From: Clostridia bacterium | GTDB taxonomy: Bacteria > Bacillota > Clostridia > CAKSNL01 > HGM11501 | Length of the DNA: 64,000 nt | Assembly (NCBI GenBank): GCA_045545475.1 | Contig: JAZQAZ010000023.1 | Location: 1 to 64,000 of the forward strand | Reading direction: 5' to 3' | In this document: in pieces, positions 1 to 17,932 of the stretch | Layout of the letters: the number at the start of each line of letters is the position of its first letter | Position numbering within the stretch: position 1 is the first letter of the stretch | The notes under the pieces: generated by a model | Databases searched by the model: none | The model's input: the letters and a program-made list of their open reading frames with translations, nothing else | Told to the model about the DNA's origin: nothing | Program-made: the position numbers and the translations under genes

Positions 1-124
1 TTTTTACAAATCGCCTTCTCTTGAAGGTTTATTTGCCATGCCACAAAATCCACAATTATTTATATATTTTCAATGTACAGTGTTTCGCTAACTAATTTTA
101 AAAAATTCAAAAACTACTTGATTT

Positions 125-2098
125 TTATATAGTTAGCTCCAATGTAATAAGAGCAAATCCGTAAGGCAAAATGTCTTCTTTAAGGATAATTTTATCTCCC
201 GAAAGTTCAGCCTTTATGTTGTAACTGTCTATGTCTTTATATTTCTTATCAAGAACTATTTCGCCATCGAAAATAATATCCTTTGATATATTAAAGAGCG
301 CAACGGACATTTCCTTGTCATCTTTTTTGCACACGGTATAAAGTCCCGGAGCACCAAAAAGCATGGCAGGAAGAGGCCGTCCCTGCATTTTTTCAATGCA
401 ATTTGCAAGCTGTTTTTGTCTGAAATAGTTTCTGAAAAGACCGGGGTGCCAGCCGTTTACGGTGTAAACCGTTATGGGGACAAAGGAATAAATCATAAAT
501 TTATAGCCTTTTTCGTTTTCATAATATATTGCAGAAGGGAATTTTTCCTGCTTGTCAAAGTCATCGTGAGATGTGCCAAGCACCGATGAGCCCCTTACAA
601 AGCTAGACAAAACCTCCGCCCCTTCTTTAAGGGAAAAGTCGTAAAACACGCCTCTTCTTTCAAAGCTTGCGGCGGTATATTGATCTTCTTTGCAAAAATA
701 TTCCGCTACGGGATTTAATTCAAGCTTTGTATAGGAGCTTATTCCCACGTCAATGCCCTTTTCAATTAAGCACTTAGCTCCCACAGCGTCGGTAATTACG
801 CCGTTTTTAAGCATTTTTTCACTTAAATTCAAAACATTTTCTCCAAATGCGATGCTTGCAGAGTCCTCGCATCCGTAGGTGGTGGGAATGGAGTTATCAA
901 CAATCATCCATTGGCTCATGGTGGGAAGATAGTTTCTGCTTCCGTAAAGAGCAAAGGAAAAGTCCTCTCCAATGGTGGTTTTTTTATACATATCCATGTA
1001 TTCCGCCACATTGAGTCCCACCGAGCGTTTTCCCGAAAAGCGTTTTTTAATTTCTTCATAGTGCTTTTCGTTTCTGCTGTGAAGGTCAACATAGCCTTTT
1101 TCATAATCGGCACTTGCGCTATAGTCAAGCATATATTTAAGTATGCCGATTTCGGGATTGTTGGCATAGCTTGCCATATCGTAAATTTCCATTTCCGATG
1201 CAGATACTATCTGACGCTGTCTCGGAAGCCCATCTCCCTCCGACACGCATTCCATACCGTTTGCCCAGAAGCTTTGCAATTTTATGGCTTCGATTGAAGC
1301 ATTGAGGCTTCCCGCATTTTGCCAGTAGGGCGCCCCCGTAAGTCTTAAAAACGGTTCATTTTCACCTGCAATTATTTTGCAAAGCTCCAAAATGTCCACA
1401 CCCTCCATAAGATAGGAGGCTGAATTTGCAGATAACCCTATTCTGACATCGGGATAGTCCTTATGAACTTCTCTTTCAATCTCCGAAGCAAAATCCTTTA
1501 ATGTTTTTCCCATAACATCATCAAAAATGTTACGGTAGCGGTTAGGTTTTCCGCTTATTATATGGTTTTTAAGGATGTCTTCGGTGAATTCTTCTCCCAT
1601 AGCTTCTTTCAATAAAGCCTTATGGCGGGGGCATACGCAGGCTTTTCCTGCCAAAACCTTTCCGCCGGAAAGAGTAAAATCATCCTCAAAGAGAATAAGC
1701 TTAACTCCCGTTTCGCAAATGGTTTTAACGGTATTTATAAAGTCTTTACGAAATGCTTCGTCGGTGGGACAATAGGCAAAAACCTTCGTCCCATCCGCAA
1801 ACGTTATTCTTTCGTAGCAAGAAGGTGCATCATTGTCTTTGGACCCCGGCACGCCCGTTCCTCCGTGACCAATGGAAGGAGCCATCCACGCCCCTACTTC
1901 TATTCCCTCTTTTATAAGTCTTTCTTTTGTTCTTAAAAATAAGTTAAATTCATCAGACAAGCATTTTTCGCTTCTTAAAACTCTCGGAAAAATCAGCATA
2001 GCCATATCGCATTTTGCTTTTTTAAGAGCCGATATAAGAGCAGAAAAATCTCTTTCGTTGAAGTTTCTGTTTAATACGGGAATAAGAACCTTTCTCAT
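125..2098 (-). CDS. Hypothetical protein, putative glycoside hydrolase-like (TIM-barrel-like N-terminus)
   Basis: Start moved to ATG 2098 (SD AAAGGAG overlapping the upstream GH2 stop). Motifs CPTDEAFR, LFEDDF and CVCPRH recall GH42/GHL-type barrels. Last gene of the GH2 operon. Confidence 0.55.
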   Translation of the reverse strand: MRKVLIPVLNRNFNERDFSALISALKKAKCDMAMLIFPRVLRSEKCLSDEFNLFLRTKERLIKEGIEVGAWMAPSIGHGGTGVPGSKDNDAPSCYERITFADGTKVFAYCPTDEAFRKDFINTVKTICETGVKLILFEDDFTLSGGKVLAGKACVCPRHKALLKEAMGEEFTEDILKNHIISGKPNRYRNIFDDVMGKTLKDFASEIEREVHKDYPDVRIGLSANSASYLMEGVDILELCKIIAGENEPFLRLTGAPYWQNAGSLNASIEAIKLQSFWANGMECVSEGDGLPRQRQIVSASEMEIYDMASYANNPEIGILKYMLDYSASADYEKGYVDLHSRNEKHYEEIKKRFSGKRSVGLNVAEYMDMYKKTTIGEDFSFALYGSRNYLPTMSQWMIVDNSIPTTYGCEDSASIAFGENVLNLSEKMLKNGVITDAVGAKCLIEKGIDVGISSYTKLELNPVAEYFCKEDQYTAASFERRGVFYDFSLKEGAEVLSSFVRGSSVLGTSHDDFDKQEKFPSAIYYENEKGYKFMIYSFVPITVYTVNGWHPGLFRNYFRQKQLANCIEKMQGRPLPAMLFGAPGLYTVCKKDDKEMSVALFNISKDIIFDGEIVLDKKYKDIDSYNIKAELSGDKIILKEDILPYGFALITLELTI

Positions 2099-2111
2099 TT
2101 GAAATTCTCCT

Positions 2112-10615
<8,504 letters not shown>

Positions 10616-10647
10616 TCACTCCTTAATGTATAACTATACTTATTTCC

Positions 10648-10676
10648 ATTATAAACCAAACACCTGATTTATGCAA
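10648..10676 (-). promoter_or_regulatory. sigmaA-type promoter of the GH2 operon
   Basis: Minus strand TTGCAT (10676-10671) - 17 nt - TATAAT (10653-10648). Confidence 0.65.
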
Positions 10677-10760
10677 TAGGATTATGTTGCGATTTCTTGC
10701 ACAAAATTGCTATTTTTTATTTTTTTCACTCTGTGATATTAGTTTACCACAAAGGAAGAA

Positions 10761-10787
10761 AAAAAGCAACCGTCAGGTTGCTTTTTC
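10761..10787 (-). terminator. Rho-independent terminator at the end of the glycerate kinase gene
   Basis: AAAAAGCAACC-gtca-GGTTGCTTTTT inverted repeat overlapping the stop codon. Confidence 0.7.
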
Positions 10788-11921
10788 CATAACTTTTATT
10801 AAATTAAATACCTGAACCGCCGTTGCCTTAAGGTTTTTATAGGCAGTTTCTTTATTCATAGCATCGGCAAGAGTACAGGGAGCTTTAACTATCGGGAAAA
10901 AGGCGTCAATTCCGTGTTCGTTGCAAACTGCGGCATCATCTGTCACCGCTCCCGAAAAGGCAATGACCTTCTTTCCGTATTTCTTGGAAAGCTTTGAAAC
11001 GCCTATGGGTGCTTTACCCATGTAAGACTGACCGTCAAGCCTTCCCTCACCTGTTATCACAAAATCCGAATCCTTTATGTGTTCTTCGATTCCGGTTTCC
11101 GCCATTACAAGTTCAATTCCCGACTTGAGTGTTCCCCCAAGGTATGCCATGAAAGCAAAGCCCATTCCGCCTGCTGCACCGCTTCCGGGAAAATTACAGT
11201 CAGATTGGGGATTAACATTCTTTGTTAAAACGGCATAGTTTAAAAGCCATGCGTCCATATCCTTAATCATATCTTCCGTCGCACCCTTTTGAGGACCGTA
11301 GATACGGCTGCAGCCATTATCTCCGCAAAGTGGATTTTTCACGTCACAGGCAATGTAAAATTCACATTCAAAAAGGCGGGAATCTTTTCCCTCATCCGAT
11401 ATGCTGCATATTTTCTCAAGTCCCTTTGCTCCAAAGGGCACATCTTTTCCCTCTTCATCAGTAAATTTAAAACCGAGAGCCTGAAGCATTCCGACGCCGC
11501 CATCGTTTGTGGCACTTCCGCCGATTCCGATTACAAATTTCCGCATACCTTTGGAAAGAGCATCCTTAATCATCTCCCCTACGCCATAGGTCGTAGTGTT
11601 GAGAGGATTTTTATCGTATTCGGAAATAAGGGTAATTCCCGCTGCGGCGGACATTTCCATAACCGCAAGATTACGCTCCTTAATTATGCCGTAGCGTGCC
11701 TTGATTATTTCTCCTATGGGGTTATGCACGAAGGCAGATACATATTCTCCTCCTGCAGATTCGATTACGGCATCCACCGTACCTTCCCCTCCGTCGGCCA
11801 GCGGGCTTATGATAACATTCGCATCCGGGTAAACCTCTTTTATACCTTCCTTTGCAGCATTTCCCGCCTCAAAGGTTGAAAGGCTTCCCTTAAAGGAATC
11901 TATGGCAATTGTAACTTTCAT
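10773..11921 (-). CDS. glxK: Glycerate kinase (GlxK/GarK family)
   Basis: AIDSFKGSL, PLADGGEGT, IGIGGSATNDGG, GAAGG and ITGEGRLDGQS motifs. Confidence 0.93.
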   Translation of the reverse strand: MKVTIAIDSFKGSLSTFEAGNAAKEGIKEVYPDANVIISPLADGGEGTVDAVIESAGGEYVSAFVHNPIGEIIKARYGIIKERNLAVMEMSAAAGITLISEYDKNPLNTTTYGVGEMIKDALSKGMRKFVIGIGGSATNDGGVGMLQALGFKFTDEEGKDVPFGAKGLEKICSISDEGKDSRLFECEFYIACDVKNPLCGDNGCSRIYGPQKGATEDMIKDMDAWLLNYAVLTKNVNPQSDCNFPGSGAAGGMGFAFMAYLGGTLKSGIELVMAETGIEEHIKDSDFVITGEGRLDGQSYMGKAPIGVSKLSKKYGKKVIAFSGAVTDDAAVCNEHGIDAFFPIVKAPCTLADAMNKETAYKNLKATAVQVFNLIKVMEKAT

Positions 11922-11922
11922 A

Positions 11923-12333
11923 TTATTTCTCCTTTTTGGCTAGTGTGTTTTCCTGGTTTTTGTAGATAACGAATTTGCTGAATAAAAATTCCAGCACGAA
12001 ATTGGAAAGCATAGTAACAATAAGTATTATATACTCATTTATATCTGCATTATCCGCAAGATGCCCAAGATAGGTGGAAAGTGGCGTAAATACCGCATAA
12101 AATCCAAAAAGCTTTGCCATAGCTATGGGCACATTTGCGGCAGACTTAAAGGTATATCTTCTGTTGAAGGTGAAATTCCATACTATCGAAAGTATCAGTG
12201 ATACAAGATACGCCGGCCAGTACGGAATGGTAAGTAGTTCATTCATCAAGGTAAACGATGCCACCTGAATAACCCCTGCTGAAATTGAAAACAGCGTAAA
12301 CTTTATCATTTGCATAATATTTGATTTTTCCAT
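11923..12333 (-). CDS. GtrA family small membrane protein
   Basis: About 136 aa with four hydrophobic segments, IKFTLFS and WNFTFNRRYTF motifs; start moved to MEKSN after GAGG. Confidence 0.85.
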   Translation of the reverse strand: MEKSNIMQMIKFTLFSISAGVIQVASFTLMNELLTIPYWPAYLVSLILSIVWNFTFNRRYTFKSAANVPIAMAKLFGFYAVFTPLSTYLGHLADNADINEYIILIVTMLSNFVLEFLFSKFVIYKNQENTLAKKEK

Positions 12334-12349
12334 TTTCTCACCTCTCAAA

Positions 12350-13057
12350 TTATTGCGGCAACACTCTGTAAGGACGCATTCTCTGTGATGCGATCAGTGG
12401 TGTAAAGCCCTCAGCATATTTAACTCCGCACTGAGTTCCCCTTAAGGCGGCAAGCTTTCTTTGCTCTTCCACCACATCAATTCCGTCGTGGTCTTTTAGC
12501 CAGGTAGCCTGACTTTCGTGACACGAGAGCATCTTTTCCTTTAATTCCATTTCATCTGTTATATCCACATATTCCGTTGGAATAAAGTTCATACCGGAGT
12601 CTGTATCAGAATAGTAAATGGGTGTAACTGCCGTTGCCTCCCCAAGGTGCGACATAAAGTGCGGGCAGGATGCATCAAAGGATGCCTTAAACACTAATTT
12701 GGATGTTTCCACGTGGTCGGAGCAATAGTCACTTGGCGAATGAGTGATAATAACATCCGGCTTTGCATAGCGGATAATTGCAATCATTTTACTTAACTGC
12801 TCTTCGCTTCCGCTGTTTACCGTAAGGTCACCGATATCTGCCGAAATGAGGCGAAATCCTGCCATATCGCAGGACTTTTTTGCTTCCTTTGCTCTTATCT
12901 CCCGAAGTTCCTCGGGCATAATTTCCACATGTCCCATATTTCCGTTGGCAACATGGCACACGAAAACCTCATGTCCCTGCTTTTTATATTTAATAAGCGT
13001 CCCTCCGCAGCAAAGCTCCATATCGTCGGGATGACACATAACCGCCAGTATCCTCAT
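12350..13057 (-). CDS. PIG-L/LmbE family N-deacetylase
   Basis: ILAVMCHPDDMEL, THSPSDYCSDH and YAEGF motifs; start moved to MRILAV after SD GAAAGGAAG. Confidence 0.9.
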   Translation of the reverse strand: MRILAVMCHPDDMELCCGGTLIKYKKQGHEVFVCHVANGNMGHVEIMPEELREIRAKEAKKSCDMAGFRLISADIGDLTVNSGSEEQLSKMIAIIRYAKPDVIITHSPSDYCSDHVETSKLVFKASFDASCPHFMSHLGEATAVTPIYYSDTDSGMNFIPTEYVDITDEMELKEKMLSCHESQATWLKDHDGIDVVEEQRKLAALRGTQCGVKYAEGFTPLIASQRMRPYRVLPQ

Positions 13058-13219
13058 CAGAATCTTCCTTTCCATAATCACATTACAAGTGCATTATACC
13101 ATATACTTGAAAAGATAACAACTCAAACCTAAAGAAAATTTCAAAAAGTTAACCCCGTTATTTACAACTTGCTTTTTTTATGATAAAATAGTCTAAAGAA
13201 ATTACGAGGATGTGAAAAA

Positions 13220-14281
13220 ATGCAGGAAAACATAAAGAAGCCAAGACGGCACGAAATATCTTTGCTTAATGTACTTTTTTGCCTGATGGTAATATTTATT
13301 CATATTATTTCTCATGCAGTTTCATCACTTACCCCCGGAAGCTTAAGCTATAACATAGCCATGTTTCCATGGCGAAGCTGTAGTTTTGTTGTACAGGGAT
13401 TTGTGATGCTTGCAGGAATAAAACTTTTTTTAACAAAAAAGGATTCTCTTTCCTATTCAAGCTGGCTGATACTCAGATTTAAAAGCATTATTGTACCATA
13501 CATCTTTTGCTATATAGCATATTACATATTTTATATGGTCGTATATGATTATCCTCTTGATGCAGCCTTTATCCTTAAGCATTTTTTCACAGGAAATCTT
13601 GTATGTCATATGTATTTCATACCCATACTTGTTCAGTTTGACCTTTTAATGCCACTGTGGAAGAAAATTGTAAACAAATGTTCTCCCATTATCGTAATAC
13701 CGTTTTGCATTTTACTTTCGCAGCTTTTTGAAATCGCTCTCCCCTCCATGCTTAAAATACACTTTCCTGATTATACGTTTATTTTTAACGACAGATTATT
13801 TACAACATACCTTTCATTTTACATTATAGGATGTTACATCGGGAAAGATTATGAAAGCTTTTTAGCAATGCTTAAGAGTAACTTCAAAACCATATTTACA
13901 TGTTTTGCTATTACTCTACCTATCTTTTTATGTTATACATATGTAGCTTACAACAATATTGCTCCGGTCACCTTTACCAACCATCTTCACACGCTTTATG
14001 TATATTGTGTAATATTCCTTATCTACTGCATTTCAGTTAAAATTGCACCCTGTATTATGGATAAAGTAAAACTTCTTAAAAAAATAGATATTGCAAGCTA
14101 CGACATCTATTTATGGCACATGCTGTTTTTGTATTTAACAAATCTCTTTCTTGAAAAGTTTGGTATTATATCTCAGCTTTACTCTTTTGCAATAAGAACA
14201 ATAATTGTATATCCGGTTACAATAGCACTAAGCATCCTATTAAGCTATTTAAGAAAAAAACTCAACAAGAAATCCGCATAA
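13220..14281 (+). CDS. Acyltransferase family 3 (OafA/YrhL-like) membrane O-acyltransferase
   Basis: Multi-TM protein with VIFIH, FVVQGFVMLAG, HMYFIPILVQF and SYDIYLWH motifs. Confidence 0.85.
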   Translation: MQENIKKPRRHEISLLNVLFCLMVIFIHIISHAVSSLTPGSLSYNIAMFPWRSCSFVVQGFVMLAGIKLFLTKKDSLSYSSWLILRFKSIIVPYIFCYIAYYIFYMVVYDYPLDAAFILKHFFTGNLVCHMYFIPILVQFDLLMPLWKKIVNKCSPIIVIPFCILLSQLFEIALPSMLKIHFPDYTFIFNDRLFTTYLSFYIIGCYIGKDYESFLAMLKSNFKTIFTCFAITLPIFLCYTYVAYNNIAPVTFTNHLHTLYVYCVIFLIYCISVKIAPCIMDKVKLLKKIDIASYDIYLWHMLFLYLTNLFLEKFGIISQLYSFAIRTIIVYPVTIALSILLSYLRKKLNKKSA

Positions 14282-14282
14282 T

Positions 14283-14316
14283 AAAAAGACAATCTCTTAA
14301 AAGAGATTGTCTTTTT
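14283..14316. terminator. Bidirectional terminator between convergent genes
   Basis: AAAAAGACAATCTCTT-aa-AAGAGATTGTCTTTTT. Confidence 0.8.
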
Positions 14317-14326
14317 ATATTAAATT

Positions 14327-16684
14327 TTACTTTACCGCAGGTAAGCATAATTCTTGACCTATAAGTATATAGTCTGCATTTTTTATACCGTTAACATCCA
14401 TTATTTCCTGAACGTTTTCGTTATAATCTATTCCGTATTTTTCGCATATACCTATAAGAGAATCTCCATCCTTAACAACATAAATTTCAGTTGACTCAAC
14501 ATCATCTTCATTTATTTCAGACTCTGTAACGTCTTCAATCTCTATAGCTTCGTATTTCTGCTTCAGTTCTTCTAACTCTGTTTTAGTTTTATTAAGCTCA
14601 GCTTCAATTTTGTTTTTCTCTGTTCCGAAGTAAACTGATGTAGCAACAGATGCAACCAGTAACACAGACAAAACAATCGTTGCAACGGTATAACGTTTAT
14701 TATTCTTTCCGATACTGTTAGGCGTTTCAACTTGTATTTTATCATCCGCTACCTTATCTGATTTTTTCTGCATCATCTGCATTACCGCCACAGAACCTAC
14801 CAAAGCTACACCGATGCCGTCTGTTACTGCACCGGGATAAATAAGCAAAAGTCCGCCAACAAGGTTTAATATCCTCTGATACCAATGCATATTTGTAATC
14901 ATATAGCCTTCAAGAGATGAAGATACTGCATAGATACCGACAAGGGATGTGATGCAGATAAGCACTACCTCAAAGGCTGTGGTATCAATAAAGAGCATTG
15001 CTGGATTTAAGGCAAATACATAAGGTACAATAAATGCACCGATTGCAAGCTTCGTTGCCGTAAATGCCGTTTTCATAGGATTAGCCTGAGCTATTGCAGC
15101 TCCTGCATATGCCGCCAGAGCAACGGGCGGTGTAAGGTCAGCAACAATTCCGAAATAGAATACAAAGAAGTGGGCCGCAATATCCGGAACACCCATACGA
15201 ACAAGGATGGGTGCACAGGTTGCCGCCATAATGCAATAGTTTGCCGTTGTGGGAACGCCCATACCAAGCACTATACAGCAAAGCATTGTCAAAACAAGAG
15301 CTATAATTACTTTGTCTCCCGCAAGGGCAACGATACCGTTAATCATAATGTTTGCAAGACCTGTCATTGTGATGGTGCCTGCAATGATGCCTGCAACACC
15401 ACAGGCCGCGGCAACAGCAATCATTCCCTGGCCTCCGGCGGCCAATGCCTCGAAAAGCCTCTTAGGTGTAATTCTGTTTTCTTTATTAAATAAGCTTACT
15501 ACTATTGCCACAACAATTGCAATTGCCGCCGCATACTGGATGGAGCGCTGGCTGGTACCAACAAGGTATACCAATATAATAAGAGGCAAAAGAAGATACG
15601 TCTTCTTAAGAAGAGGTAAAAATTTCGGCAACTCCTCACGGCTCAAGCCTTTAAGACCTTCCTTTTTAGCCTCTAAGTGAACCGAAATAAATACTCCGGC
15701 GAAATATAAAACCGCAGGAAGTATTGCTCTTACAACTATGTTACTGTAGGGAACACCTAAGTAGTCCGCCATTAAGAATGCCGCCGCACCCATGATAGGA
15801 GGCATTATCTGACCCCCGGTTGAAGCAGAAGCCTCCGCCGCCGCCGCAAACTCAGGCTTATATCCGGTTTTTTTCATAAGAGGAATTGTAACAGAACCGG
15901 AACCAACAGTATTGGCAACCGAAGAACCTGATACCATACCTTCCATGGCACTTGCCACAACCGCAACCTTGGCAGGGCCACCTGAGAAACCACCAACTAC
16001 CGAATTTGAAATCTTAATAAAGAAATCCGCAATTCCGGTACGCTCCAGAAAGGCACCGAAAATAATGAATACAACGATGAACTTTGAGCATACGTTGATT
16101 GGAGTTGAAAGAATACCCTCTTTTCCGTAGAAAAGGTAGTGCACGGTATAATTAAGCTTTCCTGCAAAGGAAGGATTGGATAATCCAAAGAAAAGTGCAT
16201 ATACAATAAAGCAACCTGCCACTATGATTATAGGCAGACCAACGCTTCGTCTGCAAACTTCACCGAGGGAAATGATTCCAACCAGGCCTATTAAAATCTG
16301 ATACCACTGGAAGTTGCTTCCCTGCTGAATTATTGTATAAGCGTTTGCAGTAAAATATAAAAATGCCGCTGTTCCCGATATCATAAGCACTATATCATAC
16401 CACGGTATATAGTTTACCTTCTGTATACCCTTTTTCGCAGGGTATACAAGATATCCCAGAAACAGAATAAATGCCACAAAGGATGTAAGACGAATCTCTT
16501 CAAGCCATGTGGCAAAAAGGGTTACATATATGCAAAATAGCGAAAAAATTACAAGAATTGCATTTACAAAGATTTTAGGGACGCCTTCCCAGATTCTTAC
16601 GTTTGACTCACGGTCAAACTTTTTCATCACCGCATCCAAGTCCATAGGACCATTCTCTGTCGGTGTTTTCTTTTTGAAAAACAT
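14327..16684 (-). CDS. TAXI-TRAP transporter fused (4TM/12TM) permease with C-terminal TM, coiled coil and LysM domain
   Basis: GGPAKVAVVAS, ASTGGQIMPPIMGAAAF, LGMGVPTTANY and ADLTPPVALAA are TRAP fused-permease motifs; the C-terminus YVVKDGDSLIGI...NGIKNADYILIGQELCLP is a LysM domain. Confidence 0.92.
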   Translation of the reverse strand: MFFKKKTPTENGPMDLDAVMKKFDRESNVRIWEGVPKIFVNAILVIFSLFCIYVTLFATWLEEIRLTSFVAFILFLGYLVYPAKKGIQKVNYIPWYDIVLMISGTAAFLYFTANAYTIIQQGSNFQWYQILIGLVGIISLGEVCRRSVGLPIIIVAGCFIVYALFFGLSNPSFAGKLNYTVHYLFYGKEGILSTPINVCSKFIVVFIIFGAFLERTGIADFFIKISNSVVGGFSGGPAKVAVVASAMEGMVSGSSVANTVGSGSVTIPLMKKTGYKPEFAAAAEASASTGGQIMPPIMGAAAFLMADYLGVPYSNIVVRAILPAVLYFAGVFISVHLEAKKEGLKGLSREELPKFLPLLKKTYLLLPLIILVYLVGTSQRSIQYAAAIAIVVAIVVSLFNKENRITPKRLFEALAAGGQGMIAVAAACGVAGIIAGTITMTGLANIMINGIVALAGDKVIIALVLTMLCCIVLGMGVPTTANYCIMAATCAPILVRMGVPDIAAHFFVFYFGIVADLTPPVALAAYAGAAIAQANPMKTAFTATKLAIGAFIVPYVFALNPAMLFIDTTAFEVVLICITSLVGIYAVSSSLEGYMITNMHWYQRILNLVGGLLLIYPGAVTDGIGVALVGSVAVMQMMQKKSDKVADDKIQVETPNSIGKNNKRYTVATIVLSVLLVASVATSVYFGTEKNKIEAELNKTKTELEELKQKYEAIEIEDVTESEINEDDVESTEIYVVKDGDSLIGICEKYGIDYNENVQEIMDVNGIKNADYILIGQELCLPAVK

Positions 16685-16730
16685 TTTAAAACCTCCCGGG
16701 ATGTATCTTGAGCAAATAAATTACGTCTTG

Positions 16731-16766
16731 ATAAACGGCTGCGACATCCCCGTCGCAGCCGTTTAT
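16731..16766 (-). other. Intergenic stem-loop between binding-protein and permease genes (mRNA stabiliser or attenuator)
   Basis: ATAAACGGCTGCGAC-atcccc-GTCGCAGCCGTTTAT, a perfect 15-bp stem. Confidence 0.65.
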
Positions 16767-16781
16767 ATATTTTTTCAGGGT

Positions 16782-17738
16782 TTATTCTGTAACAACTTCG
16801 ATTCCTTTTTCAGCAAAATACTTTGCAGCACCTGCGTGGAAGGGAACTGTCATACCGCTTGTTGCATTTTCAAGGCTTAATTCTGCACCCTTTGCATTTT
16901 CTGCGGTGATTGCTTCAATATTATTGAAAATTGCAGCTGTAAGGTTATATACATCCTCTTCTGTTGCACTTGCACTTACTATAAGAGTTGCCTTAACTGT
17001 TACTGTTGTAACGTCAGCATCCTGACCTTCGTATGTACCTGCGGGGATTGTGTAGGTCGTGTAGAAGGGGCAGGAAGCCATGAGAGCTTCTGCAATTTCA
17101 CCGTCGATGGGAACAAGGTAAGCATCATTTGTTGTGCAAAGCTCGGTAATTGCGGGAGTAGGTGCACCTGCAACGATGAACGCCGCATCAATCTTACCAT
17201 CCTTTAATGCATCAGCACTGTCAGCGAAAGACTGGTACTGAGCATTGATGTCAGCTTCTGTAAGTCCTGCTGCTGTAAGTACGTCAACTGCGTTGAAGTA
17301 TACACCGGAACCGGGAGCACCGATGGAAACAGACTTACCTGCAAGATCAGCTACGCTCTTGATTTCGGGATCCATTGTTACAAGCTGAACAGATTCTGCA
17401 TAGAGACCTGCAACTGTACGGAAAGAATCAATCTTGCCTTCTGTCTCAAAGGAACGTGTTCCTTCCCATGCATAGGACATAACGTCTGACTGAACTGTAC
17501 CGAGCTGATAGTTTCCTGCTGCGATACCCTGAATGTTAGCCTTGGAACCGTCTGTGGAAACAACTGTTACGCCGATACCTGCATTATTGGTAATATACTG
17601 ACCGAGTACTCCGCCGTAACCGTAATATGTACCTGATGTACCGCCTGTACCCATTGTCATTTTTGTTCCATTTGTGCCGCAAGCTGCAAGAGCAAGAACC
17701 ATTGCAACAGCCATAATGATTGCCATTAACTTTTTCAT
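16782..17738 (-). CDS. TAXI family TRAP solute-binding lipoprotein
   Basis: Lipobox LAAC; MGTGGTSGTYY, STDGSKANI, VQSD, IGAPGSG and PFHAGA TAXI motifs. Confidence 0.93.
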   Translation of the reverse strand: MKKLMAIIMAVAMVLALAACGTNGTKMTMGTGGTSGTYYGYGGVLGQYITNNAGIGVTVVSTDGSKANIQGIAAGNYQLGTVQSDVMSYAWEGTRSFETEGKIDSFRTVAGLYAESVQLVTMDPEIKSVADLAGKSVSIGAPGSGVYFNAVDVLTAAGLTEADINAQYQSFADSADALKDGKIDAAFIVAGAPTPAITELCTTNDAYLVPIDGEIAEALMASCPFYTTYTIPAGTYEGQDADVTTVTVKATLIVSASATEEDVYNLTAAIFNNIEAITAENAKGAELSLENATSGMTVPFHAGAAKYFAEKGIEVVTE

Positions 17739-17769
17739 TTATTATCATCCTTTCAAATTAGATGCTCCT

Positions 17770-17798
17770 ATTTTATCATAAATATGCCCCTCTGTCAA
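17770..17798 (-). promoter_or_regulatory. sigmaA promoter of the TAXI-TRAP operon
   Basis: Minus strand TTGACA-17 nt-TAAAAT with TG extension. Confidence 0.7.
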
Positions 17799-17895
17799 AC
17801 TTAAGACCTCTTTTTTGCTATCTTTAAATATTATCAATATTATAACTTTTATTTATAGGTACATTTAGAGCCATTAAAAACTTTAATGTGTTAAA

Positions 17896-17928
17896 AAAAT
17901 AACAGAAGCAAGCAGCTTCTGTTATTTT
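17896..17928 (-). terminator. Terminator after the ceramidase-like gene
   Basis: AAAATAACAGAAGC-aagca-GCTTCTGTTATTTT. Confidence 0.75.
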
Positions 17929-17932
17929 AATC

